Source of the DNA: Nemertoderma westbladi
Taxonomy: Eukaryota; Animalia; Xenacoelomorpha
Reading direction: 5' to 3'
NCBI GenBank assembly: GCA_032718475.1
Contig: JAUCBJ010008260.1
Span: 1-64,000 of the forward strand
DNA length: 64,000 bases
The translations under genes and the position numbers were made by a program. Within the stretch, counting starts at the first letter, position 1, and every line of letters starts with the position of its first letter. Below the pieces are notes generated by a model. It saw nothing but the letters and a program-made list of their open reading frames with translations, searched no databases and was not told the origin of the DNA. Of this stretch, positions 1 to 13,019 are shown piece after piece.

Positions 1-878
1 TTACCGAACTAATTTAACTTGATAATCATACTCATTAACTAATCTTGATACTAACTCATTAATCATATTGTTTGTACTGTTATTTTACCGTCAGTTATTA
101 ATTGTAAATATTTGTTGATGGAAATATTGCTATTTGGATAATACGGATAAATCACCCAATTCCCAATTTTCTTGATAACACTACAGGTTAGAGAGACCGG
201 CTATACATAACAATTGCGATTTATATTAATGTGGTGTGTATTGAATCCAATGTTATTTAGCAGACCCTACGTGAGTCAATTACTGCTCTCTTTATGTGTG
301 ATCAAATGTACTGACTGTCGGCAGAATAGTGTGTATGATCGTGATTGGTAACAAAGTATTTCCTAAAGAATACGTTTTATACTTTAATCATAAGCAGTAT
401 CGTTGCGTTTAGTATAAGTCTTAGTTCTGTTTAAATAGATAAAGCGCCACGTCCTAAAGGAACTGTTAATATTTCCCGAAAGCCAATAATATCTGTCAGA
501 GATTAATTATTAACGATCTATCGAATAATACATTAGGTATAAACTGCAACCTTACACTGTAATAATACAATTCAAGCATCCGAATTCAGTCTCCCGGGTG
601 TAGATCCATCGGGTGAATGATCGCGCATGGGCTGACTTCGGCTAATGTTTTGCGTATTAGCATAAATTATTGTCGTATGCTAAAGTGGTTTTAATTAACG
701 AAAAGACATATAAATTTTGGCAGGTTAAACTGCTAAAGGTCTTCGAAAGCGCGAACAGTAATTGCATATTGCTTTCGGGGTAAGGACCATAACCTCTGTG
801 CAGCTTTGGCAGCCTCATGGAGAAAATAAGCAAGGTGTCCTCCACCTTGCTTAATGTGAATTTTTTAGACACCTCTTA

Positions 879-2442
879 GGGGGGGGGGGGGGGGGGGGGG
901 GGGCACACCATTGTCGGACAACTCTTCGATTTATCACTCTCAGCGTTTCAAAATTGTTTGGTTTTGGCTATAATTTGGAATATAGGAACCTAAGATGCTA
1001 TTCTACATGACTACTATTCTATTTTTTTAGTTAACAACAAAAAAACGGAGGCAACATCTATCAGGCGAAATTTTGTGAAAATAACTCTGCACCGCTAGGC
1101 GGCGCTGTAAATTTATGCTAATTTTTAGGTTTGTTACTTAAGGTATTAAATTTTATTAAGAAAAAATTTCAAATAGTTGCATACTTTTATGCAGGGTGGC
1201 TTGGCTATGTATACACCCACAGAAATTTTCAAACTAATTGCTCAAAAATTGCTGTAGTAAGGCCTAGTAGGGTTTTGATTAAGTAGGTTATTGACATTTT
1301 CATTAAAAAAAATATTTGGAGATAATCGACCTTTCACTATATACATAGTAACAGTAATTTCAATAGGTCCCCTAAATGGAAATTGTTATAACTGGAAAAC
1401 GAAAAGACCTATTAAATAGCGGTTTTCAGATTTGGAAACACCATTTAAGAGGAGGGGGTGGGGGGGGGGGGGGGGGGGTAGCACCCCCCTATTTTGGAAA
1501 TTGACAAAAAAGTTTTTTTATTCTATCATGTGACGAATTTAATGGAGATTTAAAATCTACAAGCAGTTTTCTCATATCTTTTTTCAAACTCAAGTTATTG
1601 CCCAAAACGTATGAGCTAGTCTGATTTTTGTAAAGCCTTCGAGCAGCACTATGTTTTACAATTGTGCGGGGCCCTTTTCATAAAAATGGCTCTCACGGTA
1701 CAGATATGTATAAACTAGTAGTTATCTGTTTAGCAAGCATGAACAATTTCGTTGAATTTCATTCATTTTTGACAAAGTTATTGACGAAAATAAAAAATGG
1801 TATTATCTAAAATAGCGTGAAGGTTTAAATTGTTTCTTAAACTTTAAACACCCATATCTCAGAATGACGTTTTTTCAAGAAAAAGGCTATTTCTCCGCCA
1901 ATAACTGAAATGAGTTGAAATTTGGTACACTTGTTAAGATTACCCTTCTCCATACTTCTTCTTAACAAATTTGATTGGAAATGCCCTGAAGCCTTTTTAT
2001 ATCAAAAAGGCCCAAAAAAGCAATTTTTTGGGGCCTTTCTGTTCTAAAAAAAATTCCAGAGCATTTGAGGCAAAATTTGTTCAGAAGAATTGGATGCATG
2101 GTTCTTCTGAACATATTATCCAAATGTCGACAATTTTCAACAAATATTGGTGAAGAAATAGCCTTTGGCGCTAAAAGGCACTTTTGGCCATCACGGAACC
2201 ATTTTTGGACCAATTTTAAAAATATTTGGTTTGGCTATTCTCAGAAAGTCCAGACGATGTTTAGTAGCACAGAAAACAATTTCCACCCAATTTTAGGGTC
2301 CAGAGACACAAAATTGTGAGGTTCAATTTGGGGTGCTACCCCCCCCCCCCCCCCCCTTAATCGTGCATCATAATAGATCATAAAAATAATTTTGTAATAT
2401 TTTGGACCCAAATGATGTACACCCCCCCCCCCCCCCCCCCTC
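879..2442. mobile_element. Non-autonomous DNA element with poly-G/poly-C termini inserted at TTAA (Kolobok/piggyBac-like), outer element
   Basis: tta+G-run+gcacacca at 876-910 is inverted to tgatgtacac+C-run+tc+ttaa at 2413-2446; it interrupts the RTE exactly at its TTAA. Confidence 0.55.
1449..2356. mobile_element. Non-autonomous TTAA-flanked TIR element, inner element
   Basis: TTAA at 1445-1448 and 2357-2360; TIRs are G-run+tagcacccc and ggggtgcta+C-run. Confidence 0.65.
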
Positions 2443-3065
2443 TTAAAGGACACTGGCCTTGAAGATGCGAAAAATCTCGCGAAAGTCATGGGGGATAGGG
2501 AGTTGTGGCGGCACAATTTTGTGGATAAAAGCCGGCATAGCATTCTTAATGCACGCTGCATTGGGCTTGCCAATTGTGGATTGCATGGTGGTGGTAAACA
2601 TATTTTTTGTTCAGCCAGCATCTCAATGTGCAGCTGGAATGCAGCAGGCCGATTATTATAGATAGATATATCGAATAAAGTAAGTTATGAAGATCTGGAA
2701 GCACAAATTGCTTCATAGAATACATTTCTTTTTTTTTCATATAACAGACATATGAAATGAACCCGCATCCTGTTTTTTATATTACTTGTTTGATTGAAGC
2801 TGCAATATTACCCAGCAAGATTTGTACAAAACAGTTATATAGTGTTTAGCGGTCGTGTTTACCACGGCCAAACAGATAGGTATCACAACCAGTTATCGCA
2901 TGAATGGATGGAAGCTGCTTAGCTTTATCGTCCAGTTTCCTTACACGTTTCGTTGACATCCATTACTTGTCCGTTTAGCTATAGTGTCTTAATTGTAAGT
3001 TTAATTATTAGTTGCCATTTCCAACAAAAATGTCATTTGATTTTCGATGATCTCTGTTACATTCA

Positions 3066-6000
3066 ACTGTTGGCCCTACTAAACTGAAGGCCCTACTAAA
3101 CTGAAGGCCCTAATAAACTGTAGGCCCTACTAAACTGTAGGCCCTACTAAACTGAAGGCCCTAATAAACTGTAGGCCCTACTAAACTGTAGGCCCTACTA
3201 AACTGAAGGCCCTAATAAACTGTAGGACCTACTAAACTGAAGGCCCTACTAAACTGAAGGCCCTAATAAACTGTAGGCCCTACTAAACTGTAGGCCCTAC
3301 TAAACTGAAGGCCCTAATAAACTGTAGGCCCTAATAAACTGTAGGCCCTACTAAACTGTAGGCCCTACTAAACTGAAGGCCCTAATAAACTGTAGGCCCT
3401 ACTAAACTGTAGGCCCTACTAAACTGAAGGCCCTAATAAACTGTAGGCCCTACTAAACTGTAGGCCCTACTAAACTGAAGGCCCTAATAAACTGTAGGAC
3501 CTACTAAACTGAAGGCCCTACTAAACTGAAGGCCCCAATAAACTGTAGGCCCTACTAAACTGTAGGCCCTACTAAACTGAAGGCCCTAATAAACTGTAGG
3601 CCCTAATAAACTGTAGGCCCTACTAAACTGTAGGCCCTACTAAACTGTAGGCCCTATAAAACTGTAGGCCCTATGAAACTGTAGGCCCTACAAAACTCTA
3701 GGCCCTACTAAACTGAAGGCCCTGCTAAACTGTAGGCCCTAATAAACTCTAGGCCCTACAAAACTGTAGGCCCTATGAAACTGTAGGCCCTACAAAACTC
3801 TAGGCCGTACTAAACTAAAGGCCCTACTAAACTGTATGTAGGCCTACTAAACTGTATGCCCTACTAAACTGAAGGCCCTGCTAAACTGTAGGCACTCCCA
3901 CACTGTAGGCCCTACTAAACTGTAGGCCCTACTGAATCACTCTGAAGGCCCTACTAAACTGTAGGCCCTATGAAACTGCATGCCCTACAAAACTGTAGGC
4001 CCTACTAAACTGTAGGCCCTACTAAACTGAAGATAACTGGAAATTATTTTTTGTACTACTAAACTGTAGGCCCTACTAAACTGTAGGCCCTACTAAACTG
4101 TAGGCCCTAATAAACTGTAGGTCCTACTAAACTGTAGGCCCTACTACACTGTAGGCCCTACTAAACTGAAGATAACTGGAAATTATTTTTTGTACTACTA
4201 AACTGTAGGCCCTACTAAACTGTAGGCCCTACTAAACTGTAGGCACTACTAAACTGTAGGCCCTACTAAACTGTAGGCACTACTAAACTGTAGGCTCTAC
4301 TAAACTGTAGGCCCTACTAAAATGTTGTCCCTACTACTACTAAACGGTAGGCCCTACTAAACTGAAGATAACTGGAAATTATTTTTTGTACTACTAAACT
4401 GTAGGCCCTACTAAACTGTAGGCACTACTAAACTGTAGGCTCTACTAAACTGTAGGCCCTACTAAACTGTTGTCCCTACTACTACTAAACTGTAGGCCCT
4501 ACTAAACTGTAGGCACTACTAAACTGTAGGCTCTACTAAACTGTAGGCCCTACTAAACTGTTGTCCCTACTACTACTAAACTGTAGGCCCTACTAAACTG
4601 TAGGCCCTACTAAACTGTTGTCCGTACTACTACTAAACTGTTGTCCGTACTACTACTAAACTGTAGGCCCGACTAAACTGTTGTCCGTACTACTACTAAA
4701 CTGTTGTCCCTACTACTATTAAACTGTTGTCCCTACTACTCAAACTGTAGGCCCTACTAAACGGCAGGCCCTGCTAAACTGTAGGCCCCACTAAACTGTA
4801 GGTCCTACTAAACTGTTGTCCATACTACTACTAAACTGTAGGCCCTACTAAACTGTTGTCCCTACTACTACCACTAAACTGTAGGCCCTACTAAACGGCA
4901 GGCCCTGCTAAACTGTAGGCCCCACTAAACTGTAGGTCCTACTAAACTGTTGTCCATACTACTACTAAACTGTAGGCTCCACTAAACTGTAGGTCCTACT
5001 AAACTGTTGTCCATACTACTACTAAACTGTAGGCCCTACTAAACTGAAGGCCCTGCTAAACTGTAGGCCCTAATAAACTGTAGGCCGTAATAAACTGTAG
5101 GCACTACTAAACTGTAGGCCCCACTAAACTGTAGGTCCTACTAAACTGTTGTCCATACTACTACTAAACTGTAGGCCCTACTAAACTGAAGGCCATAATA
5201 AACTGTAGGCCCTACTAAACTGAAGGCCATAATAAACTGTAGGCCCTACTAAACTGAAGGCCATAATAAACTGTAGGCCCTACTAAACTGAAGGCCATAA
5301 TAAACTGTTGGCCCTACTAAACTGTAGGCCATAATAAACTGCAGGCCCTACTAAACTGAAGGCCATAATAAACTGTAGGCACTACTAAACTGTAGGCCCC
5401 ACTAAACTGTAGGTCCTACTAAACTGTTGTCCATACTACTACTAAACTGTAGGCCCTACTAAACTGAAGGCCATAATAAACTGTAGGCCCTACTAAACTG
5501 AAGGCCATAATAAACTGTAGGCCCTACTAAACTGAAGGCCATAATAAACTGTAGGCCCTACTAAACTGTAGGCCATAATAAACTGTAGGCCCTACTAAAC
5601 TGAAGGCCCTACTAAACTGAAGGCCATAATAAACTGTAGGCACTACTAAACTGTAGGCCCCACTAAACTGTAGGTCCTACTAAACTGTTGTCCATACTAC
5701 TACTCAACTGTAGGCCCTACTAAACTGAAGGCCATAATAAACTGTAGGCCCTACTAAACTGAAGGCCATAATAAACTGTAGGCCCTACTAAACTGAAGGC
5801 CATAATAAACTGTAGGCCCTACTAAACTGAAGGCCATAATAAACTGTAGGCCCTACTAAACTGAAGGCCATAATAAACTGTAGGCACTACTAAACTGTAG
5901 GCCCCACTAAACTGTAGGTCCTACTAAACTGTTGTCCATACTACTACTCAACTGTAGGCCCTACTAAACTGAAGGCCATAATAAACTGTAGGCCCTACTA

Positions 6001-6462
6001 AACTGAAGGCCATAATAAACTGTAGGCCCTACTAAACTGAAGGCCATAATAAACTGTAGGCCCTACTAAACTGAAGGCCATAATAAACTGTAGGCCCTAC
6101 TAAACTGAAGGCCATAATAAACTGTTGGCCCTACTAAACTGTAGGCCATAATAAACTGTAGGCCCTAATAAACTGTAGGCCCTGCTAAACTGTAGGCCCT
6201 AATAAACTGTAGGCTCTAATAAACTGTAGGCCCTAATAAACTGTAGGCCCTAATAAACTGTAGGCCCTAATAAACTGTAGGCCCTACTAAACTGTTGGCC
6301 CTACTAAACTGTTGGCCCTACTAAACTGTAGGCCCTACTAAACTGTAGGCCCTACTAAACTGTAGGCCCTACTAAACTGTAGGCCCTACTAAACTGTAGG
6401 CCCCACTAAACTGTAGGCCCTACTAAACTGAAGATAACTGGAAATTATTTTTTGTTCTACTA
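3066..6462. repeat. 17-bp satellite, consensus taaactgtaggccctac, ~190 units with variant blocks
   Basis: Direct reading; variants tgaagg, ccataa and ttgtcc+extra TAC; a ~30-bp module gaagataactggaaattattttttgt recurs at ~4029, 4168, 4364 and 6430. Confidence 0.97.
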
Positions 6463-6477
6463 AACACCGTCTGGGTT

Positions 6478-6992
6478 ATTTAAGAATAGTCAAACCAATA
6501 TTTTTAAAATTGGCCCCAAAATGGCTCCGTAATGGCCAGAAGCGCCTTTTAGCGCCAAAGGCAATTTCTCCAATAATATGTGTTCAAAATAATTTTGGAA
6601 GAATGGTACCCTGAACAAGTGTTCAGTTCAGAGTACCTTTGGAACCAAAATTTAAACTAATTTCAGTTAAAATTAGTGGAGAGTAGAATTTTACATAAAA
6701 AAAATTTCATTCTGAGATATGGGTGTTTAAAGTTTAAGGAACAATTCAAACCTTCCCCCTATTTTAGATAATACCAATTTTCTTTGTTGAACAATAACTT
6801 TGTCAAAAATGATTGAAATTCAACGAAATTTTTTACCCCTGCTAAAAATATTAAAAAATAACTTTAAATATAAAATAATTTATTCGTACCGACCGAGAGA
6901 GCCGTTTTTATGAAAAAGGCTTTTATCAATTGAAAAATCGATGGCTTGTCAAAAATCAGACTAGCTCATACGTTTTGGCTAATAACTTGAGT
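6478..6992 (-). repeat. Diverged inverted copy of the interior (~1587-2245) of the TTAA element
   Basis: aaaaatcagactagctcatacgttttg (6951) is the reverse complement of ~1603-1629; cgccttttagcgccaaaggc (6543) corresponds to ~2161-2180. Confidence 0.8.
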
Positions 6993-7674
6993 ATAAATAA
7001 TTATTTATTACGGCAACAATTATTTATTGTCGCAATTATAATTATTATAATTACATCTAGGTTGCTTTCAAATCGCCACCTAGCGCCTAACAAAGGAACT
7101 ATATAAGTCTATCTGTGTGTAGAATTTAAATCTTTTCACTATGGTTACCAACTTTGGTTTCATTATAAAAAAATTGACCGACTTATTAGAGTTAAAAAAT
7201 TTCCAACATGCGCTCCACTAATCATACTTCTACGCAAACCAAGGCTCAGCTAGACTCTCTGACCGACTAGACACTGTTATTATTATATGATAATTTGACG
7301 CATTTCTCGCTTGTTACACGAAATAAAGTAGCGAGTAAGAGAAAATAAAGATACGAGAATAATAACCAGCTGTGTAAGATACTTTGTATTGTGTATGAAG
7401 TTTTATTACACAATTTTAATATTACGAAACGATGGCTGATGAAATAATCCGAAACTTCTTGGCTAAAAAAAAGTGCAACATTTTATAGTTTTGTAATAGA
7501 AATTGTCCCATTGGCGTGGTTTATTAGTTTTTTTTATTAACTAACTAACTAACATGAAAGGTTTTGGTTTCAAATTTAATTAATATCTCAAGGAGAAATC
7601 CGTATAAACTTAGATTTATTTTCTGTACAATATAATGTAAGAGCAAAAATATTATTAAAATAATAATATTATGG

Positions 7675-9777
7675 TCAATGAGTTCGGCTAAGTTCTTCAA
7701 CTATCTTTATAACATCATCTACAGTAGCTTGAGTAACAGCACCAGTACCATCGTCCACACGAACACCCGCTATGGCAGCCTCCATATCCTCTCGCTTTAG
7801 ATCCAGAAACCTCTCGATAAGATCCCCGTCGATGAACCCGCGATGGGGTTCAACCTTCTGGAGGTTACTGAACGCCCTCCAGAACGTGTGCTCGATCAAC
7901 CCAACGCCTTTAATGATGCGCTTAAGGTTGCTTTGGAGGACCTCTAAGACGGAGAAGAAGTCGCTGGGGATGTTGAGAATGAGTCCGAGGGAGCCCTCAA
8001 CGGTGCCGAATATGATCCCCTGAGGGGAGACAGGAGTTACAGACTCGCCGGTTCCCCCCATCACCAAGGAACCGTGTTTGATCACGTTGACGAACTCCCC
8101 GATATGCAGCTGCCCCACCGTGGTCAATCTAGACCGCTCATCCTCGGTATCGGCACCACTGTCCTTCTCGGTAACGAATATATTGTAATTGTTCTCGGCG
8201 CCGAGGAAGTGATCGTCGTCTATTACCTCTATGGCGGTCATCCAATTAGCCGAGGGATCCTTCGCGATCTCCTCTAAGGAAGTCTCCATCGATTTATAAA
8301 CCATCAACTTCACGGATCGCATTAGATCCCCGACCAACACGAAGTCACCTTTAGACTTGAGGTACAGCGAGATGATGTTGTTGTAATCGCGACATTCAAC
8401 CTTCAGTTCTTTAGCCACGGGATCCCAGGTGTACAGCGTTACGATGCTGTTAGTACTCGCTAGCAGTTTACCACTAAGTTCCGCGAAATTATAGACGACT
8501 CCTTTAACTTCTTTCTCGTGTACGAGTTCTAGAACTTTCCCGTCGATCCATTGAAACACGACGATTCTGCCTTCTTTCGGTTCGGGCTCGTCCGCGTAGA
8601 TCATCCCGGTGCCGACGACGTAGTAAACCGCGTCGCCGAGCCGCATCGAGGTCACCGCGGGCACCGACTCGTGATCCCGGAACTGGTAGCTGTACAACGA
8701 CTCGAAGGTGTGCTGGTCCAGGACGATGAGGTTCGAGATCTCCAACTCGGGATCCCCGGAGTGGGACGACTCGGAACCGGCGGAGGCGAGAGCCGAGGTG
8801 CTCGCGGAGGGTCTCGCGTCCTCGGAGAGCCGCAGCAGACGTGTGGTGACCAGGGCCAGCGTCTGGGTGGACTCCTGGTAAGCGATACGACGGGGAGTCT
8901 CACCCAATGGGATCGTTCGAATGTGTAACTTCTGAATCTCATCGATTGTTCCTACGATCAAACAGCTGTGATTCGCTAAGGCCAGACTGTCCCGGTAACT
9001 TGTCGCGTTTATAGGACACATGTAGGAGACTTCCTTGAGGTTAACGTTACTGAATAGGAGTTTTTTATTACTCGAGTAGACGACTGTAGGTCGATCTGTG
9101 CACGCGAATACCGAGGCGCCTGTACGCGTTGCGAACCGCCGCAGTAGGACAGGCTGCGTCCCGATGCTGACCTTCTTCCGACCGTGCAGCCTCCCGCTAC
9201 CCGGATCCACTACGTAATACGTAACGTTCCCGTCGCCCAGCCCGACCAGCACGTAAGGCGAACCGTCCAACTCGATAATCAATATGGATCTCGGAATGAT
9301 CTCACCTCCCAAAGAGGAGCGATCCAACTCTGAAAGACTCGGTAACTCGAGGACTCGCGTCGATATATCGGTCCAGAGGCCGACCGCGCAGAAGCGAGCC
9401 TCCTCCCTCCGCCCCAGAGGCGCCGCGTCTATGCAAGCCACCTCGTAATCGAGTTCGGTGGACCCACTCAGTTCCAGGACCCCGGCCCCCACGGACAGAC
9501 AGAACAACTCGCGCCCCACCGCGACTAGAATCTGCACCCCGTTGCAGGCGCACACGCTCACGTTGTTCCCCGCTGGATGGCGCCACTCGCTCAGCAACGC
9601 GGCCCCGTCCCCGGCTATCAGACGGACCCCCCTGTCCACCACCTGGACCAGCCGGCCCCCCTTCACGTTCCCCGCGTACAGGGTCTCCCGGTCCAGGGTG
9701 AACCCGGCGAAGTCGACCTCCTCCACCTCCTCTCCAGCCAGTCGGAGGACTCGGGTCTGTCCCACGAAGGAGATCAC
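7675..9777 (-). CDS. DDB1: DNA damage-binding protein 1, exon 2 (terminal)
   Basis: Motifs IDEIQKLHIRTIPLGETPRRIAYQE, KGDFVLVGDLMRS, FIDGDLIERFLDL, VEELSRTH; acceptor ttgtctag|GTG, phase 0. Confidence 0.97.
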   Translation of the reverse strand: MISFVGQTRVLRLAGEEVEEVDFAGFTLDRETLYAGNVKGGRLVQVVDRGVRLIAGDGAALLSEWRHPAGNNVSVCACNGVQILVAVGRELFCLSVGAGVLELSGSTELDYEVACIDAAPLGRREEARFCAVGLWTDISTRVLELPSLSELDRSSLGGEIIPRSILIIELDGSPYVLVGLGDGNVTYYVVDPGSGRLHGRKKVSIGTQPVLLRRFATRTGASVFACTDRPTVVYSSNKKLLFSNVNLKEVSYMCPINATSYRDSLALANHSCLIVGTIDEIQKLHIRTIPLGETPRRIAYQESTQTLALVTTRLLRLSEDARPSASTSALASAGSESSHSGDPELEISNLIVLDQHTFESLYSYQFRDHESVPAVTSMRLGDAVYYVVGTGMIYADEPEPKEGRIVVFQWIDGKVLELVHEKEVKGVVYNFAELSGKLLASTNSIVTLYTWDPVAKELKVECRDYNNIISLYLKSKGDFVLVGDLMRSVKLMVYKSMETSLEEIAKDPSANWMTAIEVIDDDHFLGAENNYNIFVTEKDSGADTEDERSRLTTVGQLHIGEFVNVIKHGSLVMGGTGESVTPVSPQGIIFGTVEGSLGLILNIPSDFFSVLEVLQSNLKRIIKGVGLIEHTFWRAFSNLQKVEPHRGFIDGDLIERFLDLKREDMEAAIAGVRVDDGTGAVTQATVDDVIKIVEELSRTH

Positions 9778-11735
9778 CTAGACAACAAACGTATAATATT
9801 TAGAAACAAATTGTTACCGGTACTGAATCAAACGCGTTTTCGAGCGCGTTTTCCTAACAGATGAGGATGGGGGGGGGGGGCTATCAAGATTCATCCCTCT
9901 CCACTCCAAAGGAAATTCGAAGCAAATAACAGCTGAATACTGTCAAAAATAATACTGTAACCTGATATTCGACGGTCTTCCACAACTTCGGGTACTACAG
10001 CCATACTATTTATTATACATAATACAAATGGTTAAGGAGGGAGTCCCGGAATTCCGTTCCGGCCGGAATTACGGCGGGTTTTGCCCGATTAAAGTCGGGA
10101 TTTTATCGGAATTATGAGGTTGCTAACTAGTTTGATAGTTACAATTCGTTTGTTAAATTATTATGAAAATTTATATATTTTTTTAACATATTATACTTAC
10201 CAAGTAGTGTAAGATACATTTCAATACTTTCAACAAGGGAAAATTCACTGCTACCACTCCGTTTTTTAAAGTGAATTCAATTTTGATGGTATAAATTTAA
10301 CACATTTCCAAAAAAATATCGTCTGATAATCAAACTAAAATGGTCCCACAAGCTGTTACACCACCTACTGCAGAATTCATATACCATTCACAACCGTATT
10401 AATTTACATTAACTGAGTGAAACTTGTATCGTTCTGGAGATTTTTTATGAAATGCAATAACGACTGAACTAATTATTAATATACCCAACACAAATATAAT
10501 TAATTGGAATTTAAGTATTTGGAAGTTCAAACAATGTATATAGGTACATATAGGATTACCCTAAAGCTTTGCAGCCAAATATAATATTACACAAATACAC
10601 TACGATAACCTAAATCTAATATAAAACTTTATTACGTACAGGTCCTGCGACATTAGGTGCCGCATAATACAGGTTTATTTCTATAAAGTTTTACCAAAGC
10701 TAGTTCTTATCATGTATTTATTCCCAGCAAAAATTAAACTGTAACCTCTACTATTGACTCTCGTTTATTGTGTTTGTTCGAATGACATGTGTCACTGTAA
10801 CCTGCTCCTAATGACGCGATACCCTTTAGGGTTTTGGTCAATGTAGGTTTTTTAGGTATGAGCCTATAACCTCCCCCCCCCCCCCCCCCCCCCCCCACCT
10901 CCCGGCCCCATAACCAGCTTACCCTGCTTCCGTGCCAGGCCACTCTCCCACCAAAACTCACCCCACGGTGCTGATTGATCTCATTAGTAAACTTGGCTTT
11001 AGAAATTTAAATCCCCCACGTTATAAAGTTTCATGGGTTATTTAGTGAATTTCACAAATTATACGAAATTCCGGTTCCGGCCAGAAGCAAAATAAAGATT
11101 CCGGGAGATGGAGGTAAATTGGTGAAAACCAATTAATTAAGTTTAGAAAAGGTTTCCCCCATACTGATTAGTTCACACATACAGCGGGGCCTCTATAACT
11201 AATTCCAATGAATTTGAATACCTTGGAATCAATCCACAACCAACAATCTACGCTAACTCCCAACACATAAAATCGAAAAAGAAAAAGAGTTACGGCGCCC
11301 TCGGGTGACTGAATCACTCGCACCCTTTATAGGCATTTCGAAATAAAATTGCTGATAACTATTCTATTTTTAGCTTTTCATATTTTATACAGAAGTTATT
11401 TACAAAGTCATTGTCCGCAATTCATTAAATAAAAAAAACCAAAATACGTTGTCACTCAAAACTGCACGGGGGCACGCCTCTACGTACCCATTATTGAACT
11501 GTCCCGCCAACTCGAAAAGTCGCTCCCACTGGGCGCGTCAAAATTAAATTTTGTATGAACACGACTTAAATATTCAAAACTGTCTTTATGTGCTTTTGGT
11601 GCTAAAATCACGGCTTAATACAAATTATATATATATATTTTATACAAATTAATTTATTTATAACAATATACCTTTTTGTCTCCCTATATGCTCATTTTAT
11701 AAATCTATTATAATTAATTATCCCGTTATACTCAC

Positions 11736-13019
11736 CAGATTATTGTCGTGTTCCTGGTCGTCTATCCGTAAGGGCCACAATCCCTTTATCCCCGGGAGGT
11801 CGATGGACGCGTGCTCCTGAATCCCAATCCCGTTCCTAATGACCCGCAGGGATCCCTCCTTGAGTATACCGGAACAGGTGATCACCTGACCCTGGCCCTG
11901 TCGCTCGATATCGACCACGGCCATGTCGACGATGGGACCGAGGTTGGGGAACGAGTCCAGGACTTGGATACGGGACTCGGTGCCCGCGGGGACTAGGGAC
12001 TGGTCGCCGAGGAGACGGACTAGCTGTGAGTCGCCCACGCGGGAGCCGAGGAATACGAACCCGTTGTCGAGGTAGGAGATGGTCTGCACGATACACGTCT
12101 CGCCCAACAGTTTGAGTTTAATATCCGAGACGCCGGCGGTGGGGGAAGTCGTGAGGAGCAGCATAAACAGTTGGCCGAGGTCGTCGGCAAGGAGGTAACG
12201 GTCGACGCTGACTCGGTTATAGGTGATGATGGGGGAGCCCTTGATTGCGGGGAAGGTGAGCGAGAGAACGACAGAGTCACGGAAGTACATGATGGTCTCC
12301 TGTCCGATAATGAGGGCCCCGCCGAACGGGTCGGGGATATTAACGATAAGAGAAGCTTCGGATTCGAGGTTCTCTTGGCTCCACGGTCCCGGGCGCAGTT
12401 CCTTCTCTGTCACGTCAACCACATAGGTCTTGGCGTGTCGACCGTGCGGGTCTTGGTACAGGACGGCCAAGGTAGGTCGCTCGCAGTTGTAGAGGAACTG
12501 CATACCAATGACACTAACACTGACATCGTCCATGCGGATTGTGAAGGCTTTGAACTCTGCACAGCCGTTGAGAGGAACGTTTTCGATGTTGATGATCTTA
12601 AAGAGGCAGTCGTAGATGTGGAGTCCGATTATACGACATTGTGGATCGATTACCCCTAACAACCCGATTTCCGCCTCCCGCCCCGTTTTATCCTGCACGT
12701 TGCCTTGCGCCCGAGTTAGTACAACGCCTTCGCTATGCGAACCCGACCATTCTAGAATACACGCGTTGTATTTCTCCGTTAATATAAAAATTAAATCGGT
12801 TTTCACTTCCGGCGGTCGGAAGATTTCCATGACGGCAATCCGCCCGTAAATGGGTATCTCTTTGAATAGTTGAAGGCCTTCGGGCGTCACCAGGTATATC
12901 TCGAGTTGGCTGGTTTTGGCGACTAAAAGGTTCAGATCCGATGGTGAGGTGAAATTGGCAGTTAAACTGGCGGTGACTGCGGATGGCTTGTGAGCCGTTA
13001 CGAAGTAGTTGTACGCCAT
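11736..13019 (-). CDS. DDB1: DNA damage-binding protein 1, exon 1
   Basis: MAYNYFVTAHKPSAV, NLGPIVDM, GSLRVIRNGIGIQEHASIDLPGIKGLWPL; donor CTG|gtgagt, phase 0; joined product ~1128 aa. Confidence 0.97.

Larger units (their letters stand above)
760..2665 (+). mobile_element. 3' end of an RTE-clade LINE, split by nested insertions (LINE pieces ~760-878 and 2443-2665)
   Basis: Left piece (ggcagcctcatggag...ttagacacctctta) and right piece (ttaaaggacactggccttgaagatgcg...gcagcaggccgatta) join to match the contiguous copy at 31020-31230, which encodes an RTE C-terminus. Confidence 0.7.

Noticed and set aside
3070-6440. tactaaa..ctgtag|g in the 17-bp unit as a branch point/acceptor array
   Set aside because: No pyrimidine tract, spacing too short, and no plus-strand gene found around it
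3066-6462. CRISPR-like reading of this and the other arrays
   Set aside because: Units are contiguous with no unique spacers, there are no cas genes, and the context is eukaryotic
1088-7090. Convergent CTCF-like motifs (ccgctaggcggcgc ~1092; cgccacctagcgc ~7074)
   Set aside because: The first lies inside a transposon-like element; single motif matches are not enough support
7772-12849. Short ORFs overlapping or antisense to DDB1 (likewise in CFAP57, NDUFV2 and HEXIM)
   Set aside because: Shadow frames expected in GC-rich coding sequence; no recognisable motifs
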